From positions 1 to 64,000 of the IMG/VR virus record IMGVR_UViG_3300025141_000016: a stretch of DNA of 64,000 bases. The stretch is one strand, 5' to 3'. Below, piece by piece: positions 28,208 to 36,305 of the stretch. Made by a program: the position numbers and the translations under genes. Under the pieces are notes generated by a model. The model saw only the letters and a program-made list of their open reading frames with translations. It was not told the origin of the DNA and ran no database searches. Each line of letters opens with the position of its first letter. Positions within the stretch are counted from its first letter, which is position 1.

Positions 28208-28374
28208 GCTGTGCAGGGGCGACGAGAACTTCTCGCTGAAGCTCGCTGAAGCTCAGAGGTGCCTCCCAAGAAACCTTGTTGTGGGGTCATCGCTGACCCC
28301 ACACGCGAAGAACCCCCGTCGGGCAGAAGCGCCTAACGGGGGTTCCTGTCTCTGTCTGGGCTCAATGCCCTCAC

Positions 28375-28575
28375 TTACTGGCTGGCGGTATCGCCCGTAT
28401 CGGTGTCCGTATCGGTATCCGTATCGGTATCCGTATCGGTGTCCGTATCGGTATCCGTATCGGTATCCGTATCGGTGTCGGACTCGGCGGTGTCAGAGGG
28501 TTCGGTTCCGGTGTCGGAATCCTTGTCTCCACACGCTGCCAAGAGAACCGCCGTAAGGAACAGGTACTTGTACAT
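28375..28575 (-). CDS. Small lipoprotein with (DT)n repeat
   Basis: Start ATG 28575. MYKYLFLTAVLLAAC lipobox followed by about 14 DT dipeptides. Confidence 0.75.
   Translation of the reverse strand: MYKYLFLTAVLLAACGDKDSDTGTEPSDTAESDTDTDTDTDTDTDTDTDTDTDTDTDTDTGDTASQ
28388..28480. repeat. Tandem 6/12-bp repeat (GTATCG/GTATCC/GTGTCC) encoding DT
   Basis: Read directly from the sequence. Confidence 0.85.
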
Positions 28576-28688
28576 GGTGCATCTCCAATGTGAGCCGGGG
28601 TGGCTCACAGGTATGGGGACGGTATCGGCAGTCTACCGATACTCCCTCTATCGACGCACACCCGGTAGATTCCCTGGAGTGAGCCCGC

Positions 28689-30617
28689 GTGTCTGTTGTT
28701 GACCCTGTTCAAATCGTGGCCCGCTACCTCAAAGTGGCCGACCTCGCACCCCCTTTGGGGTATCCGGGTGGGTCATGCCACCTGATGGAGCGGATACGCG
28801 AGGAGGTGCGGAACCCCTCACTCCGAGAGGTGATGGTTGACAACCACCAGAACCAAGAGGATGGGTACGCTCGTGGGGAGGAGAGGGCGATCTATGATGA
28901 GTTCGATGAAGGGCCGATTCGTGGAACGTCCTTCAAGAAAGTCCTCATCACCCCTCACACCCAATACCGCATGGACCTGCGAGGGGTCACGCTAAAGGAT
29001 CTTGCACGCTTCTTCCAGGCGCTCCAACAGGAGTGGAACAAGGATCGGTCAAAGGGGAACACCTACTGGACACGCAAGCTGGAAATGCGCGGAAAGCAAC
29101 AGAAGGCCACCCTCAACAACCTCACCGTCGCCTTCCGGGTGCTGAACTTTGAGCCTCCCAGCGGGTCGGGGCGCACCAAAACCAAGGCCAGGATCGAGGT
29201 GATGGTCCACACCGCGTTCTGGAAGGGGCGCAAGAACCCGTCTCCTGTTCCCGAGAGTTCCTGTCAAGGTTGGGAGGGGTGGTCAAAGGAGTACCCGAGT
29301 GGTCAAGGGCTTGACCGGCTGTTCCCGAAGCGGGTAGCGGCTCGGTATGCGGATCGCATAGCCTCTCCCTCTGGGTTCATGTCCGAATACAAGGGGAAGA
29401 CCTGGGATAACCCCCTGGACCCCAGGATGCGTGTGTGGTCCTTCCAGAGAGACGGGGAGGATATGCCCCTCATCACCACCGAAATAGAAGCCAGCCGCTT
29501 TGATGGGGAGCCCGCGATCTGGTTGAAGGCTCTCATCTCTCCCCAAAAGAGGGGGACTGGAATGGCCTCTTCCATCTTGAAGATGATTACAGCGATGGCA
29601 GACAAGCATGACACCCTCGTCTACCTCACCGCGAAGCCCATGCCTGTTTGGGGGGCTGATAACCTCCTTTCCACATCCCAACTAAAGTCTTGGTACAAGA
29701 GGAACGGTTGGGTCCAGGCGCAGGAATACGGGGACATGATGGTGCGCTACCCCAAGGGTAAGACCGCCGATCTATCGCCCCCTCTCGGCTTCCCAGGCGG
29801 TCCCTGTCAGGTCATCGAGCGGATTGATGAGGAGATCCATGACCCAGGGTTGCGTGACCGTCTGGTGGACCAAGTAGAGGACGGCACTTCCCTGTCGAAC
29901 TCCAACGCTGCCAAGGTTTATGAACTGGAGGCAGAGCCAGGAGTTCCACGCTCCAAGTTCAAGAAGATCCTCATCACCCCCCACGCGCAGTACCGCATGG
30001 ACCAACGTGGAATCACGGTAGGTGATCTTCGGGTTGCCCTCATGGGGTTCGCGAAGGCGTGGAACGACGCACGTTCCACACAGAGCGTACAGGCTCGCAT
30101 GTGGGAAGACGACATGGCCTGGGGCGAGAAGATCGAGTGGGTTGACCCTCGTATCGGTTTGCAGATCGTCTTCACAGCCAGCAAGGGCACCGTTCGCCTC
30201 GTGACTGCTTTCTGGAAAGGTCAGTCTGACCCCCGACCGGTGGACGAGGAGTCGTGTGGGGTCCACCGCCATGCGGGAGGGGCTGGGGATTGCTACGAGG
30301 CCAACGGGCGGTATTTTATGAACCAAGCGGTCTTTCCCGGTTCGGATAAGGGGATGCGGCTGGTTCACGGTGAGGTCACAGGACAGGGCTCCCTGTCGGG
30401 GGTCAACTATGGCCACGCCTGGATTGAGGACGGGAACACTGTGATCGACAAGTCCAATGGCCGGAACGTCAGGATGCCCAAAGACGTGTACTACGCCTTG
30501 GGGCAGATTGACCGGAACGACAACATCCATGTCTACAAGCCAGAGGAGTTCCGCCGCAAGGTGATGCAGCATGAACATTGGGGTCCGTGGGATCTCCGCA
30601 CCTCGACGGGGCTTTGA
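28689..30617 (+). CDS. Four-module protein: RelE/DUF4258-like + GNAT + RelE/DUF4258-like + papain/transglutaminase-like
   Basis: Duplicated LxPPLGxPGG..ITPH(T/A)QYRMD.RG..TAFWKG. GNAT QKRGTGMAS..WYKRNGW. C-terminal GDCYE..HAWIE..VID. Confidence 0.75.
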   Translation: MSVVDPVQIVARYLKVADLAPPLGYPGGSCHLMERIREEVRNPSLREVMVDNHQNQEDGYARGEERAIYDEFDEGPIRGTSFKKVLITPHTQYRMDLRGVTLKDLARFFQALQQEWNKDRSKGNTYWTRKLEMRGKQQKATLNNLTVAFRVLNFEPPSGSGRTKTKARIEVMVHTAFWKGRKNPSPVPESSCQGWEGWSKEYPSGQGLDRLFPKRVAARYADRIASPSGFMSEYKGKTWDNPLDPRMRVWSFQRDGEDMPLITTEIEASRFDGEPAIWLKALISPQKRGTGMASSILKMITAMADKHDTLVYLTAKPMPVWGADNLLSTSQLKSWYKRNGWVQAQEYGDMMVRYPKGKTADLSPPLGFPGGPCQVIERIDEEIHDPGLRDRLVDQVEDGTSLSNSNAAKVYELEAEPGVPRSKFKKILITPHAQYRMDQRGITVGDLRVALMGFAKAWNDARSTQSVQARMWEDDMAWGEKIEWVDPRIGLQIVFTASKGTVRLVTAFWKGQSDPRPVDEESCGVHRHAGGAGDCYEANGRYFMNQAVFPGSDKGMRLVHGEVTGQGSLSGVNYGHAWIEDGNTVIDKSNGRNVRMPKDVYYALGQIDRNDNIHVYKPEEFRRKVMQHEHWGPWDLRTSTGL

Positions 30618-30618
30618 C

Positions 30619-32925
30619 ATGCCAAAGGAACTTTTTGACCAACTACAGAAGAAGCGCGTCCGAGTAGACCGGGACACCATGGAGATGCTGGAAGACTCGT
30701 CGGCCCGCAACCTCCGTGCCTCCACCGTTGCTGCTGCGCGGATGCAGGACAGCTTGGTTGCCATGGTTGCCGAGGTGGACAAGTGGCGCGGCAAGAAAGG
30801 GACTGTTCCTGGCCCTGGGGTCTTGTATTTCCGCCGTGACCCTTGGGATCTCCAGAAAGTCGGCAACGAGTTCTACCGGAGCAGCCGCGTCTGGATGGAT
30901 TACGTCATTGACCATCTCGCCATCCCGGCCTCCAAGGCCAAGTCCGTCGAGATGCTGGCGCGGTTGTTCAATCGGGTCAAGGCACCCAAAGACTATGTGA
31001 AGTGGTTTGACAAGAACGCCAAGCGGTGGACCTTGATGCGGCAGACCGTCAACTGGGAACCCCGAGGTGAGGGAGAGGAAGGGACGTTTTCAATCGGCCC
31101 CTTCACCGTCCACAACACCATCGGAGCGAGCGGGAAGACTCTGGAGCGGATCGTTCGTATCGTGGAAAAGGCAGTCAAGAACGCCCGTAAGGGAACGGGG
31201 CTTCCCGGCTTTGCCCGCACCCTTGGGGGCAATCTCTACATCGTAGGGAAGATCGGTCGTCCCAAATGGGCCGCGTGGTACATGGCTGGGAAGGATGCCA
31301 TCTACCTCCGAACTGTGCGTGGAATGTCCGAGAACGAGTCTGCCCAGCACCTCATACATGAACTGGGTCATCGCTATAAGAGCAAGATGATGGACCGGGG
31401 AATGTGGGACCGCTGGGTCCGTCACCATCGCCAGATGAAATCCAACCCGACCTCGACAGGCTTTCCTGATGTTGGGGTCAAACTCCCCCTGAAAGTGAAC
31501 AACAAGGATGCCGAGGTTGGCGAGTACATCGAAGGTGGGGCCAAGATCGTAGAGGTGGGGTCAGGCAGGGAGATCGGGACTGTCACCAAGAGTAAACTCT
31601 TGAAGTGGGTGATGAATGCAGAGGCCCAACTCGCTTTTCCGTCTATCTATGCGAGTAGTGATGCGGAGGAACATTTCGCGGAGGCATTGGCCATGAAAGC
31701 CATGGGAACCTTGGGAGCCGACCACGAGAGGGCGTTCGACGCAGTAGTGGCAGACGAGTCTGCTGCTCGTGTGGCGGCCCGTTACGCACTGAAGATCGCC
31801 CCCACCCCTGGCATGACCACCTATGTCACGGACAAGTCGAAGGAGAACCTGCCCACGGACATTGATCGTGAGGAGCAGGTGAATCTCCCATTACCGGGGT
31901 CAGCCACTCCGGGGGGAGAGGGCAGAGACATTCCGCAGTTCGTCTTCAACACACCTGACGTGGGGGACAAGATTCTACCGCGTACCTTGGGGATCCCAGG
32001 TGAGCAGTACGGTGACCCCACGAAGTTCGACTACAACACTCCGACACGCCGGTCGTTGACAGGCGCAGACGAGGAAGAAGAATCAGGTCAGAGCCGGTCC
32101 AACTCCTACGTCACTGATGTAGTCCGTCAACTGGTGGACGATGATGATGACGATGACGAGGGGATGGACAAGGAAGCCTACCGGCAACGCTGGACGAAGG
32201 GCAAACGGCAGCGCAAGTCACGGGGGCGCAAGAAGGAGAAGCGGAGGATGTACAACCGCCGCAACAAACAGACACGGAAGACGTACTCCAAGAACTGGCG
32301 CAAGAGGAACAAGAACAACAGTGCCTTCAAGCGCAGCAACAAGCGGCGTAGGAAGTCGAACCGCAAACGGCGTACTGCAAGTGCCCTGTTGGTAGCCCAC
32401 GCTCACCGCACAGCGGGAGTCTTGACGGTGCCGGACATCGCCTTTGCTATCGGCCCCGAGCAGATGCTTGGGTACGTTCGGTCTGTCTCCCCCATGTCGG
32501 GGATGGTCACCATCGAGTTGGACGAGGCTAATGCGGTCCCCTTGGACTCCCTGCCCGTCGATGTGTTCCTGCGGATGGCGGTCTTCCTGACAGACGAGGA
32601 CATTGATGCGTTCTATGACCTCGTGGACGTGGAGATCGGTCCCGAAGCCTACGACGACATTGATGAGGAAGGGGTACGGGAGTGTGCTCGGCTCTATGAC
32701 CGTGATCCCGACTCCAGCGAGTTTCAGAACGACTGCTTTGAACTGACAGGGGAGCATGAACTCGGTGCGATGGAGGCCCATCAACTGGAGTCTGTTTCCC
32801 AGTCGGTGATCACCGGAGCCATGGAATCGGGCCATGCCCGTAGCCTGGAAGATGCGGCCAACGAAGACATTTCCGAGGAATATGACCCCAGGTTGTACTA
32901 CGGCGAGGTCGAAGTTGAGCGGTGA
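30619..32925 (+). CDS. Multi-module protein with zincin (HExxH), basic tract and acidic C-terminal module
   Basis: Start ATG 30619. LIHELGHRY..YAS..EEHFAEAL; linker SAARVAARYALKIA; Arg/Lys-rich tract. Confidence 0.75.
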   Translation: MPKELFDQLQKKRVRVDRDTMEMLEDSSARNLRASTVAAARMQDSLVAMVAEVDKWRGKKGTVPGPGVLYFRRDPWDLQKVGNEFYRSSRVWMDYVIDHLAIPASKAKSVEMLARLFNRVKAPKDYVKWFDKNAKRWTLMRQTVNWEPRGEGEEGTFSIGPFTVHNTIGASGKTLERIVRIVEKAVKNARKGTGLPGFARTLGGNLYIVGKIGRPKWAAWYMAGKDAIYLRTVRGMSENESAQHLIHELGHRYKSKMMDRGMWDRWVRHHRQMKSNPTSTGFPDVGVKLPLKVNNKDAEVGEYIEGGAKIVEVGSGREIGTVTKSKLLKWVMNAEAQLAFPSIYASSDAEEHFAEALAMKAMGTLGADHERAFDAVVADESAARVAARYALKIAPTPGMTTYVTDKSKENLPTDIDREEQVNLPLPGSATPGGEGRDIPQFVFNTPDVGDKILPRTLGIPGEQYGDPTKFDYNTPTRRSLTGADEEEESGQSRSNSYVTDVVRQLVDDDDDDDEGMDKEAYRQRWTKGKRQRKSRGRKKEKRRMYNRRNKQTRKTYSKNWRKRNKNNSAFKRSNKRRRKSNRKRRTASALLVAHAHRTAGVLTVPDIAFAIGPEQMLGYVRSVSPMSGMVTIELDEANAVPLDSLPVDVFLRMAVFLTDEDIDAFYDLVDVEIGPEAYDDIDEEGVRECARLYDRDPDSSEFQNDCFELTGEHELGAMEAHQLESVSQSVITGAMESGHARSLEDAANEDISEEYDPRLYYGEVEVER

Positions 32926-32926
32926 T

Positions 32927-33997
32927 GTGCCATCGGCAGTGCGTGTAGCCAGCCGCTTCGCCTACGAGAAAGGGGACATTGGTGCCCCTACTCGTCCGGG
33001 GGGGCAGGACAACAAACGCCAGCACAAGCAAGAGCGGGGCGAGGCACGGAAACGCCGTATGAGGTATCGGAAGACTCGGATGCGTGACAAGCGGAACGTC
33101 CTCATCAACTGGCACACGAGATTGAAGCGTAAGCCCAAAGTCCGAGAGCGTCGTGAGCGGTACAAGGAAGATCCAGAGCGGTATAAACGCCGTGCTCCGA
33201 AGGAGTATGAGCGTCCCGATCCCGATAAAGTGGCCGCTCGGTTTGTAGAGCGTCTGGCGGGGGATGTGATCCTCTATGACCAGTGGAATCCGGCCAATGG
33301 CCAAATCAACCAGCCGGGGCTCGATGTGAACTACCGGGCAACGAGCCCCACCACTTACGAGATGGCACCGGATGAGGAGATGGGTGTCCCGGCAGGGGTT
33401 CGGGCTCCCAGCAACCAGACCGAGAACGTCCCTCCCGCTTCTTCTCGGGTCATCCCCGATGCCATGAAGGAGACGCTACGGGAGCAGTTGACCTATGTGC
33501 CCGCCCAGCGGCAAGCCGCAGCCACCATTCCCCAGATCCAGCAGAACTGTGGCCCCCTCGTTCACACACGTTCCCAAGGGCTGAAATACCGGCGTAAGCG
33601 TCTCTCACCGAGTGGCATGTCCACATGGACCGTCACAGGCTCCACGGGGAACTCCTACACGGTGAGGATCAAACCCATCCAAAAGGACAAGCGGGTCAAG
33701 CTGGTGAAAAAGATGCCCGTCAAGGTGTCCTGCACCTGCGAGTTTTTCCGCTGGCAGGGACCGGAGCACTGGGCCAAGGTCAATGATTTCCTGTACGGCA
33801 AGCCCCGTGGTACGGCATCGTTCCCCATCATCCGCGACCCCAAGAGCAAGCATTGGGTTTGTAAGCATGTGTTGGCGGTACTTCGGTTGGCCGTGAAGTG
33901 GCGGCGTGCTTCGGAAGGGGAGTATTCCTACGAGGGTCCGTTGGAGCCCATGGCTGACCCCACGCAGGTAGCCGTCCGCTTTGCCCTCGGTTGGTGA
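32927..33997 (+). CDS. Multi-module protein with basic tract and SWIM-type zinc finger
   Basis: Probable GTG start 32927. SCTCEFF..VCKHVLAVL, and three RVA/KVA/QVA-x-RF motifs. Confidence 0.75.
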   Translation: MPSAVRVASRFAYEKGDIGAPTRPGGQDNKRQHKQERGEARKRRMRYRKTRMRDKRNVLINWHTRLKRKPKVRERRERYKEDPERYKRRAPKEYERPDPDKVAARFVERLAGDVILYDQWNPANGQINQPGLDVNYRATSPTTYEMAPDEEMGVPAGVRAPSNQTENVPPASSRVIPDAMKETLREQLTYVPAQRQAAATIPQIQQNCGPLVHTRSQGLKYRRKRLSPSGMSTWTVTGSTGNSYTVRIKPIQKDKRVKLVKKMPVKVSCTCEFFRWQGPEHWAKVNDFLYGKPRGTASFPIIRDPKSKHWVCKHVLAVLRLAVKWRRASEGEYSYEGPLEPMADPTQVAVRFALGW

Positions 33998-34001
33998 TCG
34001 T

Positions 34002-34352
34002 CTACTTCTTGGACTTCTTGGGTGGTTCGGGATCTGCCGCTGCCAACATCTTGCGGGCTGACCCCTCGGGGGGGAGGCGAGGAACGGCAGCATCCAGAAG
34101 ACTCGCATCCAGAGCAGACTTGATCTCGTTGAAGGCTCGCTTGTAGTCAGGCTCAAAGCGGAGTTCGGTCTTGCCACTATGTCCATGGATGGCCTGGACT
34201 TCCCCTACACTGTCGTAGACAGTCACGCTGGGATGTTCAGACAGCCAGAACAAGGCGGCTCGCCCGTTGTCTGCGACGAATCCTTGTGCCACACGCCCTG
34301 TTCCCGAGATGCCACTCTCGTCTTCAGCGCGGTAGAGGTAAAACACTTTCAC
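34002..34352 (-). CDS. Conserved phage hypothetical protein
   Basis: GTG 34352 with RBS GGGGAG. EDESGISGTGRVAQG..IHGHSGKT. Confidence 0.7.
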   Translation of the reverse strand: MKVFYLYRAEDESGISGTGRVAQGFVADNGRAALFWLSEHPSVTVYDSVGEVQAIHGHSGKTELRFEPDYKRAFNEIKSALDASLLDAAVPRLPPEGSARKMLAAADPEPPKKSKK

Positions 34353-34390
34353 TCGGGCTCCCCGTTGGGTGGTCCTGCCCAGAGGAAGGT

Positions 34391-34405
34391 ATAGGCTTCC
34401 TACCT
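34391..34405 (-). promoter_or_regulatory. Late-type motif variant on the minus strand
   Basis: AGGTAG GAAGC CTAT upstream of GTG 34352; the TAG is the upstream stop codon. Confidence 0.5.
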
Positions 34406-34828
34406 TCGGGTCGTGCGACTTCGGAGGGGGTACGCCCGGACTTCGGCCTCCCCCCACGGGGCTTCGGAGAGCAATCTGTACCCCTGCTTTCGGAGCATGG
34501 CTTCTGCTTGGTGCTTGGCAGCGGCGAGAGAGTCGAACGGCCCGATCTCTGACAGGTCGTTCTGGACGATGAACCACCCCTCCGATCCTTGGAAGAGATC
34601 CAAGAGGGGGGTCACTTCCTCTTTCTTGGCGGTGAGGGCTGGGTGGCGTTGGAACTCCCGCATCGTAACGAACGAAAGCCCCCCATCCGACTTGCGGATG
34701 GGGGGCGGTATGAATCCCTTGGGCCACGTTGGTCCCACGCGACGTGCCAGTTCCCGCTCAACGCACACTCGGTTGAGTGGGTCGTCAAGCATGGCAACGA
34801 TGGTGGTGTAGCGGGGATCAAGCGGCAT
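34400..34828 (-). CDS. Hypothetical protein
   Basis: 142-aa ORF tiling the minus-strand island. Confidence 0.5.
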   Translation of the reverse strand: MPLDPRYTTIVAMLDDPLNRVCVERELARRVGPTWPKGFIPPPIRKSDGGLSFVTMREFQRHPALTAKKEEVTPLLDLFQGSEGWFIVQNDLSEIGPFDSLAAAKHQAEAMLRKQGYRLLSEAPWGEAEVRAYPLRSRTTRR

Positions 34829-34834
34829 GAGTGC

Positions 34835-35080
34835 CTACTTGCTATGGGACACGAACTCGTTGAGGCGCTGGGCCGTCGAGATCACTTCTTCTGTGGTGTA
34901 GAAGGTCTGGTGGGGGTTTTCTGTATCCTTGTCCTTGTCCTCCCGCGCCATGTGTGCGTTGGTTTCAAGGATGGACTGGGCCAGATGCAGCAGGTCGAAC
35001 CTCATCTCGTAAGGGTTCCGGCGACCACCGACGTTAGGATTTTCATTGGCGTGAACGGGCGTAGGGATCTGGGAAGGCAT
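34835..35080 (-). CDS. Small conserved phage protein
   Basis: RBS GGAG. NPYEMRFDLLHLAQ..EEVISTAQRLNEFVS. Confidence 0.7.
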   Translation of the reverse strand: MPSQIPTPVHANENPNVGGRRNPYEMRFDLLHLAQSILETNAHMAREDKDKDTENPHQTFYTTEEVISTAQRLNEFVSHSK

Positions 35081-35092
35081 AGCTTACTCCGC

Positions 35093-35128
35093 GTGTGTGT
35101 GTGTGTGTGTGCCCCCGGAGGGGCACAC
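35093..35128. repeat. (GT)9 dinucleotide repeat overlapping a 9-bp hairpin
   Basis: GT x9 at 35093-35110, and GTGTGCCCC-CGGA-GGGGCACAC at 35107-35128. Confidence 0.85.
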
Positions 35129-35130
35129 CA

Positions 35131-36297
35131 CTATACCCCGGCAGCACTCCCCCACACCCCGGCGTAGTCCTCGGGAACCTCTTTCTGGACACGGACTCCG
35201 CGCATTATGGGTCCGGCATAGGATCCCCGTGAGTCGTGGGCCACGATGGGAGGAATGGAGGAGGCTTTGATGCCGAACATCTCGGCCACCTTTGCGTGGT
35301 CCATGACCCGAGCGAAGGATGCAATCGTGGGTTTCAGACCCTCCAGACCTTCCTGTAGGGTCAAGGCTCGGTAGGGGAGGGGGACGTTCTGCATCGCCCA
35401 ATAGACTTGGGGCCATTGGGAGGTCCGGTACACGATGTAGATTCCCGTCACGAAGGGGGTGCCTCCCCCTTCCTTGGTGCCCGAGTGGTAAGCCAGGGTT
35501 CCGACTTGCTGGATGCACAGTTGCTCGTGCGGGGGGAGTCCGATCTTCCGGTCGATTCCTTGGGCGGTCCACACAAGTTCGATGGCGTGGTGCATCGTGG
35601 AAACTCGGAGCAGGGCAGTCCCGAGGGGGCCTAACTTCCCCTTGTGGGTCATCATCCTGACCTCGGAGAGTTCGTCAGCCGAGAACATCTCTGGGGACAG
35701 CGTGCGGAACCTCGTCTCCTCCGAGGCCAGCAAGAGGCGAGGGTCCAGCTTCTTGTTGGAGTAGATGTGCTGGCCGAAAGCGTCCCCTTTCTTCCTGGCG
35801 GCAAGGAACAGCCGTCTCCGAACACTACGGGACACTCCTGCCATGAGCCCGGTGGAGCCGAGGTATTCACGACCTTTCAGCATCGTGACGGCGAACACCG
35901 CTGGGTGCGTGTAGGCGTTGCCCATGATGTTGGCGGCGGTGAGGATGTTGTCTACGGAGATCCCCCCGCAGAAGTCGATGTGGGCGGTGTTGTAGGGGAT
36001 GCTCATGGAGGCCACGTCTGCCAGATCCCCCGTGATTCCATTGATGGTGGGATAGCCGTCCTTGCACCAGTCGATGAGGAAGGGGTCACGGTCTACAGCG
36101 GTGACCGTGCTCATGTCGAATCCGAGTCCGTTGAGGACGGCGAGATCCCCTCCTTCCCCGGCCAGGACCAAAGTCCCTCGGTAGGGGAGACGGGATGCTT
36201 CCGCGAACTCGCGGAGGGCGACCCAAGCACGGAACCGAATCAGTTTCTTGCCGGGGCTGTCCCCTTTGTAGGTGGTTTCTTTGGCGGCAGCGGACAT
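35131..36297 (-). CDS. Putative SAM-dependent methyltransferase-like protein, possible C-terminal HTH
   Basis: Rossmann-like LVLAGEGGD..VTAVDRD..GD..HIDFCG. C-terminal HAKVAEMFGIKASSI. Confidence 0.5.
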   Translation of the reverse strand: MSAAAKETTYKGDSPGKKLIRFRAWVALREFAEASRLPYRGTLVLAGEGGDLAVLNGLGFDMSTVTAVDRDPFLIDWCKDGYPTINGITGDLADVASMSIPYNTAHIDFCGGISVDNILTAANIMGNAYTHPAVFAVTMLKGREYLGSTGLMAGVSRSVRRRLFLAARKKGDAFGQHIYSNKKLDPRLLLASEETRFRTLSPEMFSADELSEVRMMTHKGKLGPLGTALLRVSTMHHAIELVWTAQGIDRKIGLPPHEQLCIQQVGTLAYHSGTKEGGGTPFVTGIYIVYRTSQWPQVYWAMQNVPLPYRALTLQEGLEGLKPTIASFARVMDHAKVAEMFGIKASSIPPIVAHDSRGSYAGPIMRGVRVQKEVPEDYAGVWGSAAGV

Positions 36298-36305
36298 AGG
36301 AACTC

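Noticed and set aside
28140-28210. Hammerhead ribozyme or tRNA in the hairpin cluster
   Set aside because: No CUGANGA..GAAA core geometry and no cloverleaf or TTCGA T-loop pattern.
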